Shown: positions 25,477 through 37,111 of the stretch, piece by piece
Layout of the letters: every line of letters starts with the position of its first letter
Position numbering within the stretch: the stretch's first letter is position 1
Assembly: GCA_938009335.1 (NCBI GenBank)
Contig: CALLHT010000194.1
Span: 1-37,111 of the forward strand
Length of the DNA stretch: 37,111 bases
Origin: an uncultured Rhizobiaceae group bacterium
GTDB lineage: Bacteria; Pseudomonadota; Alphaproteobacteria; Rhizobiales; Rhizobiaceae
Reading direction: 5' to 3'
Notes under the pieces: model-generated
Told to the model about the DNA's origin: nothing
What the model saw: the letters and a program-made list of their open reading frames with translations, nothing else
Database searches by the model: none
Translations under genes and position numbers: made by a program

Positions 25477-26082
25477 TTAGAAATCGAGCTCTGGGAACTT
25501 GCTCACATATATGCGGAACCAGGGCGTGAACTTCTCGGGCGTATCCATAATCTCCTGGTGCAGATCTATCGCTTTAATCCAACGAATTTCAGCAACCTCG
25601 TCAGGGTTCAAATCATAGTCCAGCGTGTGCTTATCTGCCTCTGCGCGGAACATGTGAACGCGCTCGCGCTCCCATAAACCATTTCCCACATCTGCAGAAT
25701 ATTCGACGATACGCTTTGCTTGCGTATCAATAGCAATACCCAGTTCTTCATCAAGGCGACGGGCAACCGCATCATGAATATCCTCGCCCATATGCGGATG
25801 CGTGCAACATGTATTCGCCCATTGGCCGCCACAATGATATTTGCAATCAGCTCGGCGTTGGATGAGCAACTCGTCGCCATCGAAGATGAAGACCGACAAG
25901 GCTAAATGGTGAACGCCTTTGATATGGGCTTCGATCTTTTCTATCGGAAACAACGTACCATCAGCAGAGATCCCTGGGATCATAATGGCCGGATCACTGG
26001 GTGCAAGGGTGCAGCTAGACTGCGCATCAATGTCAGGTCCGTCTGCTGCATCCGGTGTTAGATAGAGAACATCGTCAAGCAT
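25477..26082 (-). CDS. idi: isopentenyl-diphosphate delta-isomerase, type 1 (Nudix)
   Basis: HHLALSVFIFDGDELLIQRRADCKYHCGGQWANTCCTHPHMGEDIHDAVARRLDEELGI. The alternative ATG at 25983 (MIPGISADGTLFPIEKIEAH) gives the usual length. Confidence 0.88.
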   Translation of the reverse strand: MLDDVLYLTPDAADGPDIDAQSSCTLAPSDPAIMIPGISADGTLFPIEKIEAHIKGVHHLALSVFIFDGDELLIQRRADCKYHCGGQWANTCCTHPHMGEDIHDAVARRLDEELGIAIDTQAKRIVEYSADVGNGLWERERVHMFRAEADKHTLDYDLNPDEVAEIRWIKAIDLHQEIMDTPEKFTPWFRIYVSKFPELDF

Positions 26083-26097
26083 CGCTTTAACCGCTCT

Positions 26098-27312
26098 CTA
26101 CGCAACCGCACGGGAAAGCGCGCATTGTGACCAAAGCTCGGACAATGCGCTGACGAGTTTTTCAATATCACTTTCTGTATGAACCGGCGAAGGTGTAATG
26201 CGCAAACGCTCAGTCCCTTGGGGGACTGTAGGATAGTTGATCGGCTGCACATAGATGCCGTGATTATCCAGAAGTAGATCAGAGATAAATTTACACTTTT
26301 TCGCATCACCCACCATGACCGGAACAATGTGGCTGTCGTTCAACATGTGAGGTACGCCAACTGCATCCAGCTTTTCGCGAAGTAGGCGAACGTTGCGGCG
26401 TTGTTGCTGACGCTCAATCTCGCTTTGCTTCAGGTGCTTGATTGAGGCCGTTGCGCCCGCGGCAAGCGCCGGGGGTAGGGCAGTTGAGAAAATAAAGCCG
26501 GAAGCAAATGAACGCACAAAGTCGATCAGGTTTGCAGAACCAGCGATGTATCCGCCCATCACGCCATATGCTTTACCAAGCGTACCTTGAATGACGGTTA
26601 TACGGTCCATCAGACCTTCACGCTCAGCGACACCGCCACCGCGCGGACCATAAAGGCCAACGGCGTGAACTTCATCGAGATAGGTCATTGCTCCATATTC
26701 TTCACAGACATCGCAAATCTCGGCAATCGGGGCAATGTCGCCATCCATCGAATAAACGGATTCAAAGGCAACAATGCGTGCAGCATCCGGATCTGTATCG
26801 GCAAGGCGTTTTGCCAGGTCTTCCACATCATTGTGCTTCCAGATCGTCTTTTGAGCTCGGCTATGGCGAATGCCTTCGATCATGGACGCGTGGTTATCAG
26901 CATCCGACAGGATCACCGCATTCGGCAGGCGCGCACCCAGTGTTGAAAGTGCCGCCCAGTTGGCCACATAGCCAGATGTCAACAAAAGTGCTGCCTCTTT
27001 TGCGTGCAGGTCAGCGAGTTCTTCCTCAAGCACAACGTGATAATGGTTTGTACCCGAAATGTTGCGCGTGCCTCCAGCACCTGCACCACTTTTATCGAGA
27101 GCGTCTTTCATCGCGTTCACAGTATTAGGGTGTTGTCCCATGCCCAGATAGTCGTTGGAACACCAAACCGTAACATCTTTGATGCGGCCGTCCACATGGC
27201 GTTTAGCCCGGGGGAATTGTCCTTTTGCTCGCTCCAGATCCGCGAAAACCCGGTAATTTCCAGCTTCGCGCAATGCGTCCAATTCTTGCTCGAAGTGCTT
27301 CTCGAAATTCAT
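26098..27312 (-). CDS. hemA: 5-aminolevulinate synthase
   Basis: [36 protein letters not shown]...[14 protein letters not shown]...[12 protein letters not shown] (PLP lysine region). Confidence 0.95.
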   Translation of the reverse strand: MNFEKHFEQELDALREAGNYRVFADLERAKGQFPRAKRHVDGRIKDVTVWCSNDYLGMGQHPNTVNAMKDALDKSGAGAGGTRNISGTNHYHVVLEEELADLHAKEAALLLTSGYVANWAALSTLGARLPNAVILSDADNHASMIEGIRHSRAQKTIWKHNDVEDLAKRLADTDPDAARIVAFESVYSMDGDIAPIAEICDVCEEYGAMTYLDEVHAVGLYGPRGGGVAEREGLMDRITVIQGTLGKAYGVMGGYIAGSANLIDFVRSFASGFIFSTALPPALAAGATASIKHLKQSEIERQQQRRNVRLLREKLDAVGVPHMLNDSHIVPVMVGDAKKCKFISDLLLDNHGIYVQPINYPTVPQGTERLRITPSPVHTESDIEKLVSALSELWSQCALSRAVA

Positions 27313-27316
27313 TTAA

Positions 27317-28147
27317 TCAACTCCTGCCTGCCGGTTCCCTGTCTTGCAACGCAGTTAACACTGCATTTTCTGTTTCCCCATTTGCTGGGTTTTGTCGGGT
27401 CATTGCCCAACTCCATAGTCTGCTATCTGCAACCGGCAATACCATGAATATATGTTCAAGGATTGCTAGCGCAACCAGCGTCGTAAGCATAGTAACTTGT
27501 GTTTGAACGGCTGCGTCATATTGCACATGATTTAAAGCATAAATCCCGCCAGAGAAAAAGGCGATACACCCTGTCAGAGATAACCAAAACGCGATGCTAA
27601 TCCTGTCATGCCGGAAATAGGTTTTCATATAGGCCAGACGTTCCGGGATCATATTGGTGGAAAGTTCCGGTGCACCTGAAAAGATAGTCAGTTTTGCGCC
27701 CAGTCGCATTATCCATAGAAGCGCAAAGGTTTTTATCGCCATCCCGCTGCCGCCGCTTGAGTCAAGAACGGCTAATAACCCAAGCATAATTACAAGCGCG
27801 TATTCGTGATGTGCGATGGCGCGGAAGGCAAGTTTAAAGCGCTCGAACTCTGAAACATCATCCGGGCAAGCCTCAGTGCGACTACCGGTTATCATGCCGG
27901 ATAGAAGCGTGAATTCTACCCATCCCCAAATGATGATTGCTGAGAAGAAGCCGAGATATACCGCCCACGCACCTGATTGCGCGCTTGCAATCAAGACACC
28001 TGCAAATCCGAAAGCGCAAAGAACCGTCATACCAATTAAACGAAGGTTCATCTGCGTATCCAATCCCCGAGCAAGCCAAAGCACGGCTCCGGTGGAGGCC
28101 CACCAAACCAGAACAACAGTTGCAATCGGGATTAGAATTTCGCTCAT
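27317..28147 (-). CDS. puhE: photosynthetic complex assembly protein PuhE
   Basis: 276-aa polytopic membrane protein between acsF and hemA, the conserved PuhE position. The N-terminus MSEILIPIATVVLVWWASTGAVLWLA is typical. Confidence 0.78.
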   Translation of the reverse strand: MSEILIPIATVVLVWWASTGAVLWLARGLDTQMNLRLIGMTVLCAFGFAGVLIASAQSGAWAVYLGFFSAIIIWGWVEFTLLSGMITGSRTEACPDDVSEFERFKLAFRAIAHHEYALVIMLGLLAVLDSSGGSGMAIKTFALLWIMRLGAKLTIFSGAPELSTNMIPERLAYMKTYFRHDRISIAFWLSLTGCIAFFSGGIYALNHVQYDAAVQTQVTMLTTLVALAILEHIFMVLPVADSRLWSWAMTRQNPANGETENAVLTALQDREPAGRS

Positions 28148-28163
28148 AGTTTGTTCAGTTTCC

Positions 28164-29258
28164 CTACCAGGTTGGACATAGTCTGCTGGTTTCAGGAATC
28201 TCGTTTCCTTTCGTCGGGATCATGTAAAGCCTCAAGAAGTTCCATCCGGCTCTTGCGCCAAGAACAGCCTTTTTAGCTTTGCCTATGATGCCGCCTTGCT
28301 TGTGGGCTGCATCCATTGCGATTGAAATCTCGTTCAACTTTCGCAGACGTTGGATGAAAGCGGGATGATCCAGATCAAGAAGAAGTGGGAAACATTGCTT
28401 CGAGATTTCATTGGTGATGCGGAAGACACGGAAATCATAATCCTCGATGTCAATGTCCAGCGCCTTATGGAATTCAGGCCGCGCATGATCACGAACAAAC
28501 ATGGTTGCATAGACTGCACACAAGAAAAACTTGATCCAAAGTTTGTTGCGGCCTTGAAGCAGTTTCGGGTCCGCACGCATCAGCAGCGAGAACGCCTCAC
28601 CATGGCGGAATTCGTCATTGCACCATTCTTCGAACCATTTGAAGATCGGGTGAAAGCGTTTGTCCGGGTTCTTCTCTAAATGCCTGAAGATCGTGATGTA
28701 GCGCGCATAGCCAATTTTCTCAGAAAGATATGTCGCGTAGAAAATAAATTTCGGTTGGAAGAACGTATATTTCTTGGCCTTGGTCAGGAATCCAAGATTC
28801 ACGCCGATATCAAAGTCTTTCAACGCATCATTGATGAAGCCGGCATGACGTGCCTCATCACGGCTCATATATGAGAAGAGCTCTTTGATGTCCGGATTAG
28901 AGCCTCTACGTTTCATTTCTTTATAAAGAACGCAGCCGGAAAATTCTGCAGTCAGTGAACTCACCAGAAAATCCGTAAGCTCAGGGCGCAAACCTTCCGG
29001 AAGGGCCTCAAGATCGATGATATCCCATTCCTCATTACGCTTGAAGTGACCTTTATTCGGGTCTGCCTTCATTTCTGCAATCAGCGCATCCCATTCTTCA
29101 CGCACGCCGGAAACATCCGTCTTGTCCAGCTTGTCAAAGTCCGTTGTGTAAAATCGCGGATTGAGAAGGGTTGTCTCGTGGGCCAGTTTTGTGGTCTCGC
29201 TCTGCGTCTCCAGATCAACAGGACGCGCATTGCCTAATGTTCCTGCATGAGCGTTCAT
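28164..29258 (-). CDS. acsF: aerobic Mg-protoporphyrin IX monomethyl ester oxidative cyclase
   Basis: [40 protein letters not shown]...di-iron ligand motifs ([27 protein letters not shown]). GGAGGAAAG SD. Confidence 0.95.
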   Translation of the reverse strand: MNAHAGTLGNARPVDLETQSETTKLAHETTLLNPRFYTTDFDKLDKTDVSGVREEWDALIAEMKADPNKGHFKRNEEWDIIDLEALPEGLRPELTDFLVSSLTAEFSGCVLYKEMKRRGSNPDIKELFSYMSRDEARHAGFINDALKDFDIGVNLGFLTKAKKYTFFQPKFIFYATYLSEKIGYARYITIFRHLEKNPDKRFHPIFKWFEEWCNDEFRHGEAFSLLMRADPKLLQGRNKLWIKFFLCAVYATMFVRDHARPEFHKALDIDIEDYDFRVFRITNEISKQCFPLLLDLDHPAFIQRLRKLNEISIAMDAAHKQGGIIGKAKKAVLGARAGWNFLRLYMIPTKGNEIPETSRLCPTW

Positions 29259-29557
29259 AGTCTTTCCTCCGAAAAGCTGAACTCGCAGAGTTCCATGAAT
29301 TCAAAATCACCCGTCATTCTCGTCCAAAGCCGTTCAATCGGACCGGCGCGTTTGATGGTTGCCTTACGATCAAAGGTCTGATGCTCGCCATAAGGCACCT
29401 CAATCGGTTTGCCGTGAACCAGAACTTCGTCTCCCGGGTTCACGGTTGTGCCGTCATTGAAGCGGACATGCGCTTCAAAGCTTTCGAATTTGTTGACGAT
29501 TTCGACTGTGCAATCGACGTCTTCTGTCCGGTTAAGATTTAGTAGTTGTTTGATCAT
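29255..29557 (-). CDS. conserved small soluble PGC protein between puhC and acsF; its position matches the AcsF accessory subunit BciE of Rhodobacter sphaeroides (from memory, not verified)
   Basis: 100 aa ([60 protein letters not shown]...). There are ATGA stop/start overlaps at both ends: puhC stop/orf start at 29554-29557 and orf stop/acsF start at 29255-29258. Confidence 0.6.
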   Translation of the reverse strand: MIKQLLNLNRTEDVDCTVEIVNKFESFEAHVRFNDGTTVNPGDEVLVHGKPIEVPYGEHQTFDRKATIKRAGPIERLWTRMTGDFEFMELCEFSFSEERL

Positions 29558-30027
29558 CCTTTGGCTCCCTCTTCCGAATGATTGCTAGGTAGAAATTTTG
29601 CAAAACTTTCAATGGCAATTGGCCCGAAAGCATTAACGCGAATGTTCTCGCCGCTGGCGGGATCAGTGATCCGCAGATCGCCGTTCTCGGACTTCACCAG
29701 TTTGAATGGCAGGTTGAGATCAACTTCCTTGAGCGTGCGCATGCGAACAAGGCTGCGCATGGAAATCCGCACAAAAGCGCCTTCACCCTTGGTGAAACGG
29801 CCCAGACTTTCTTTGGTTCTGGCGTCATAAACCGCCAGCTCGCCGTTTTCTTCGTCGAGAATATACAGTGAGCGTTCCTCGACGGTTGCCTGTGCATTTC
29901 CGGATACCGGACCGTTTGACAGAACAGAACCGACAACCAGCAATAAGGCGAGAACCACCACTGCCAACGCTCCATAAAGCGGGAGTTTGTGAATGCCTGT
30001 GATTTCCTGTGTCGGGTTTTTGCTCAT
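29554..30027 (-). CDS. puhC: photosynthetic complex assembly protein PuhC
   Basis: 157 aa with one N-terminal TM segment (LPLYGALAVVVLALLLVVGSVL) plus a periplasmic domain, in the position after puhB. Confidence 0.8.
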   Translation of the reverse strand: MSKNPTQEITGIHKLPLYGALAVVVLALLLVVGSVLSNGPVSGNAQATVEERSLYILDEENGELAVYDARTKESLGRFTKGEGAFVRISMRSLVRMRTLKEVDLNLPFKLVKSENGDLRITDPASGENIRVNAFGPIAIESFAKFLPSNHSEEGAKG

Positions 30028-30036
30028 GATGTTGCT

Positions 30037-30726
30037 CTAAATACGGCCCTCTGGAGATGCAGGTGCTGCGGTCAGACGCCCACCTTTTACAGATGTCTGT
30101 TTGGTTGGTGAGGTTGATGGCGCTTCTGCTTCAATCGGTTTTTCATAGAAAGCATGAAGCTGCTCACTCAGAATTTTTGCGACATGTGAAATATTTCGAA
30201 CTGACCGCATTGCCGGTTCTGGCTTTGTTACTTTCCAAGGCCGTGCATGTGGCCAAAGGATTGCCCAAGACAGTTTCGAATGTTCTTTTAACTCAAGCGT
30301 AAGATTGCCGTTTTCTGCAAATGTCTCTTGCACATTAGCGCCGATCACCTGGGCAAATGGATAGTTGAAGGTCACCGGGAGCGCGATGCCAAAGCGCATA
30401 ACTACTCTTTTGTTGGTGATCGAATACACGGATGTTTTATGAACGGTCCGCGCATACCAGCGGATCATCGCAAAAACGATGAGCGCGGCAATCGCCATAA
30501 ATGAAGCACTGATCAGGCCCTGCATTGCAGTGCCCCCGTCATACATCGCAGTGGCAAATTTCCAGACCGCGACAATGCCAAAATAGGCGAGAATTTTTCG
30601 TTCATGCAAAACCGAACGGGCGAAAGCACGCGCGTCAGGCGCGCCTTGCCACACAAGATGTTCCCCTTCCGGCAGATGTGCCGGAAGGCCTGGAACGGGT
30701 TCGGTTGCAAAATCGTCGTGGCTCAC
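30037..30726 (-). CDS. puhB: photosynthetic complex assembly protein PuhB
   Basis: EPVPGLPAHLPEGEHLVWQGAPDARAFARSVLHERKILAYFGIVAVW is a typical PuhB N-terminus. The GTG start overlaps the puhA stop (GTGA). Confidence 0.85.
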   Translation of the reverse strand: MSHDDFATEPVPGLPAHLPEGEHLVWQGAPDARAFARSVLHERKILAYFGIVAVWKFATAMYDGGTAMQGLISASFMAIAALIVFAMIRWYARTVHKTSVYSITNKRVVMRFGIALPVTFNYPFAQVIGANVQETFAENGNLTLELKEHSKLSWAILWPHARPWKVTKPEPAMRSVRNISHVAKILSEQLHAFYEKPIEAEAPSTSPTKQTSVKGGRLTAAPASPEGRI

Positions 30727-31499
30727 AGCAGAGGCTCCTGACGATCAGGCGTTGCATACAACATGCCGCCACCAAAGTAGGCTTGGATTTTTTCCTCTTC
30801 CAGCATGGTGATCTGGTTATCAGACGCAGGCTTCGGAATGTCCTTAAACTGCTCCGAAATCAGAGCATGAACATAAAACTCTTTTCCGCTGCCGCGTAGT
30901 TTGTTGCGCAGTAACGCGAAATGTTGTGGAACCAGGAAAGACCGACGTCCTGATGTGACCTGATAGTAACGAATGACTGATTCCATTGTATCAACCCAAA
31001 CGTCTGTCACTTCACCAGCAATTTGACCGTCTGCTGCAATGATATTGAGACCATGCGGGTCTGTATCCATCGCAGCGATGCTGAAGTCTTTTGCTACACT
31101 CATCGGTTTAATTGCCGGATGACCATGGGGATCAAGGTCAGGATAGTCTGGACGTTCTGCCCATGCGGCTGGCCCCACACCGTCTTTCAATGGATTGCCG
31201 GTAGGCACCAAAGGTGAGCCCGCAACAGCACTTGTGCGTTCGGCTGCTATCGGACGCGTGTCGCGATTTTCGGGGTTAGGATAGGTTTTCGTGCCCTTAC
31301 CGTGTGGCAAGATGAATGTTTTTGGTGAAGGAAGAGAGATGAATGGGTCGTGATTATATTCGCCCTTCACATCGCTTTCCAAAGGATAGCCTTCCCGGCG
31401 GCTTTCAGATTGCAGATACCAGATCAGGCCCGCAAAAAAGAGCCAGAATGCATATAGCACGACCTGGGCAACGTCGAGGTTTCCAACAATTTCTACCAT
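30723..31499 (-). CDS. puhA: photosynthetic reaction centre H subunit
   Basis: MVEIVGNLDVAQVVLYAFWLFFAGLIWYLQSESRREGYPLE... ATG 31499 follows GGAGA and starts just after the lhaA stop. The tracked 31685 start overlaps lhaA. Confidence 0.93.
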   Translation of the reverse strand: MVEIVGNLDVAQVVLYAFWLFFAGLIWYLQSESRREGYPLESDVKGEYNHDPFISLPSPKTFILPHGKGTKTYPNPENRDTRPIAAERTSAVAGSPLVPTGNPLKDGVGPAAWAERPDYPDLDPHGHPAIKPMSVAKDFSIAAMDTDPHGLNIIAADGQIAGEVTDVWVDTMESVIRYYQVTSGRRSFLVPQHFALLRNKLRGSGKEFYVHALISEQFKDIPKPASDNQITMLEEEKIQAYFGGGMLYATPDRQEPLL

Positions 31500-31518
31500 G
31501 GTTTTTCTCCAAGTTTGA

Positions 31519-32964
31519 TCAGCCGGGTAATTCGGCCAGTCCAATTCCCTTTTTAGGTGGGGTTGAGTTTTGGTCGCCTTTGTCCGATGCCCTCCGGACA
31601 ATGGGACCGATTGCAATAAGAGCGGCAAATAAGAAGCCGATCTCAAGATGATAAACGATTGAATAGCCAAGCGCGTGATCTGCAAACGCTGGCCCTAACG
31701 AGCCGGACGCAGCAACCTGACCGCCTAGATCGCGGATAATGCCACCACTTGCCAAGCCGATGCCGATGCCACACGCTTGCACCGCGCCCCAAGCCCCAAG
31801 CGCCAGACCAGAGCCAGCGTTTTCCGCCAAATCCATGCATGCGGTAAGCGTGCCAACGGCAAACATGCCACCACCCATGCCAATGAGTGCAGTGCCAATT
31901 CTGAAGAGCAGTGCTGATTGGAAAGGCGCTGAGAAAATTACCGCTGAGAATGCAATTACACCAATCAGTGTGCCGTAGGCTGCCAAGCGGTGTGGGTCCA
32001 TTCCTTTGCCGAGAAAACGCGCTGCTACCATAAAGCCGCCCATGGTTCCGGCTGCAAAAACTGCATTGAGCAATGTTGTTTGGCTGACAGAAAGGCCGAG
32101 TATCTCGCCGCCATAGGGCTCCAGCAATACATCTTGCATAGAAAAGCCCAGCGTTCCGAGGCCAACAGCAACCAGCAAGCGCAGGCTGCGCCGGTCTTCA
32201 CGGAAAGTCGCCCATGCTTCATTGAACGTTGGGCGTTCGATATCCGGTGCCGTCTCGGATGGTCTGCGCGGTTCTTGTTTCCAAAGGGCAATCACATTCA
32301 AGATCATGGTCGCTGCGGCAGCACCCTGAACGACTTGGATAAGGCGCTTAGGAGAGAAATCCGCAAGGAAGTAACTGAACACGATTGCGCTCACAAACAT
32401 ACCCACCAGCAGCATGGTGTAGACCAAGGCAACCACACGGGGCCGGGTTTCATCGGGCGCAATGTCGGTTGCCAGAGCTAAGCCTGCAGTCTGCACCATA
32501 TGAATGCCAATGCCTGTCACCATAAATGCGACAGCAGCGGAAACGGGCCCCATCCACCATGGTCCCAGTATCTGGGAATGAAGAAGCAGCAACGCAAACG
32601 GCATAATTGCCAGACCCCCGAATTGCGTTAACGTGCCAAACCAGATGAACGGGACCCTTCTCCAGCCCAATAAGGATTTATATGTGTCCGAGCGGTAACC
32701 GATAAGTGCTCGGGCAGGTGCGAAAAGAAACGGCAATGCAACCATTACTGCGACGAGTGACGCAGGAACACCAATCTCCAAAATCATGACTCGGTTGAGT
32801 GTGCCAGTGAGCAATACTGCAGCCATGCCAACGGAAAACTGGAACAATGACAGGCGCAGAAGTCTTCCCAGAGGAAGTTCTTCTGATGCGGCATCAGCAA
32901 ACGGTAGGAAGCGTGTGCCGACGCTCCTCCAAAAGTCCACCGCTGTCATTGCACGTTTGGTCAT
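31519..32964 (-). CDS. lhaA: PucC/LhaA-family MFS protein (LH1 assembly)
   Basis: 481-aa protein with about 12 TM segments between bchM and puhA (LPLGRLLRLSLFQFSVGMAAVLLTGTLNRVMILE). ATGA overlap with the bchM stop. Confidence 0.88.
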   Translation of the reverse strand: MTKRAMTAVDFWRSVGTRFLPFADAASEELPLGRLLRLSLFQFSVGMAAVLLTGTLNRVMILEIGVPASLVAVMVALPFLFAPARALIGYRSDTYKSLLGWRRVPFIWFGTLTQFGGLAIMPFALLLLHSQILGPWWMGPVSAAVAFMVTGIGIHMVQTAGLALATDIAPDETRPRVVALVYTMLLVGMFVSAIVFSYFLADFSPKRLIQVVQGAAAATMILNVIALWKQEPRRPSETAPDIERPTFNEAWATFREDRRSLRLLVAVGLGTLGFSMQDVLLEPYGGEILGLSVSQTTLLNAVFAAGTMGGFMVAARFLGKGMDPHRLAAYGTLIGVIAFSAVIFSAPFQSALLFRIGTALIGMGGGMFAVGTLTACMDLAENAGSGLALGAWGAVQACGIGIGLASGGIIRDLGGQVAASGSLGPAFADHALGYSIVYHLEIGFLFAALIAIGPIVRRASDKGDQNSTPPKKGIGLAELPG

Positions 32965-33665
32965 GAGTTGATCAACTCCAAGGCTTGGCTTTTGTAGAAC
33001 TTGGTCGATACAAACTTGGTGCGGTTAACCCGGTAGCCGAAATTGTGGGTGAGGCTCGCATTGATCGAAGAAATCAAGGCTTGCTCTGAAACAGGTTCAA
33101 TGGCTGGCGAACGATCATTGCGCGGGAAGAGTTTCCCGATAGCTTTCATAACCGTAAGGGCAGGGGTTTTTGGCGCAAATGTAAACAATACCCCTTCGCG
33201 GGTTCTTGGTGCAAACCCTTCCAGTAACTGAGTAATGCTCGCAAGCGGATAATGAATGAGTGAATCCATTGCCACCACATAATCAAACGAACCGAACGAT
33301 GGATCTGACATGTCGCCTGCATGAAACGTGATTGTTTGTTTGTTGATATCAGCGGGCAAACGATCAGCTGCTTCAGCAACCAGTTCTGGTGAAATATCGA
33401 TAGCAACCACGTCTGCACCTCGGCGCGCAGCCTCAATCGAGAGCATTCCGGTTCCGCATCCTGCGTCCAGAATACGTGCACCCTGCAAATCATCCGGCAA
33501 CCAACCAAGAAGCGTTTCGCGCATCTCCTGACGCCCGGCACGAACAGTTTCGCGAATGCGAGAAACCGGAGAGTTAGATGTCAACGCAACCCAATTGTCT
33601 TTGGCCGTCCGGTCAAAGTATGTTTTAAGTTCGCTTCTGCGGGTTTCGTAGGATACTTCAGCCAC
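32961..33665 (-). CDS. bchM: Mg-protoporphyrin IX O-methyltransferase
   Basis: YFDRTAKDNWVALTSNSPVSRIRETVRAGRQEM...ARILDAGCGTGMLSIEAARRGADVVAIDISP. GTG start preceded by AGGAGAA. Confidence 0.93.
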   Translation of the reverse strand: MAEVSYETRRSELKTYFDRTAKDNWVALTSNSPVSRIRETVRAGRQEMRETLLGWLPDDLQGARILDAGCGTGMLSIEAARRGADVVAIDISPELVAEAADRLPADINKQTITFHAGDMSDPSFGSFDYVVAMDSLIHYPLASITQLLEGFAPRTREGVLFTFAPKTPALTVMKAIGKLFPRNDRSPAIEPVSEQALISSINASLTHNFGYRVNRTKFVSTKFYKSQALELINS

Positions 33666-33674
33666 GCTATTCTC

Positions 33675-37111
<3,437 letters not shown>

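Overview
The window is almost entirely a proteobacterial photosynthesis gene cluster (PGC). The layout looks alphaproteobacterial and typical of aerobic anoxygenic phototrophs, with acsF present and a puhABC-orf-acsF-puhE-hemA block. All calls come from reading the supplied translations and the DNA by eye; no searches were run. Gene order: a truncated unknown ORF, a LysR-type regulator, dxs and bciB-like (all minus); bchI-bchD-bchO-crtI-crtB-tspO plus an untracked 46-codon membrane ORF (plus); crtD-crtC (minus); crtE-crtF-bchC-bchX-bchY-bchZ-pufQ-pufB-pufA-pufL-pufM (plus). The puf operon ends at a clean terminator with no pufC or pufX. A non-canonical divergent pair follows: an SCP2 lipid-carrier protein (minus) and an ICMT/PEMT-family membrane methyltransferase (plus). 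The long minus-strand run is then bchH (partial)-bchL-bchM-lhaA-puhA-puhB-puhC-orf100-acsF-puhE-hemA-idi. Five perfect TGTC-(AT-rich)-ACA palindromes of the PpsR/CrtJ type (TGT-N12-ACA) sit in promoter regions of dxs, bciB/bchI, crtI, crtD/crtE and bchC, although no ppsR gene is in the window. I saw no tRNA, rRNA, CRISPR array or transposase. The best candidates for something undescribed are: (1) the SCP2 + ICMT-like pair embedded in the PGC; (2) a remodelled periplasmic face of the RC-LH1 core (23-residue PufB C-terminal extension, 8-residue PufL loop insertion plus acidic tail, no PufC/PufX); (3) a 255-bp bchD-bchO spacer carrying the strongest Shine-Dalgarno (SD) ribosome-binding site I noticed in the window and two open frames, one a Cys-rich 79-aa ORF; (4) unannotated small ORFs after tspO and between bchZ and pufQ; (5) crtC, which has no usable start codon near its conserved N-terminus.
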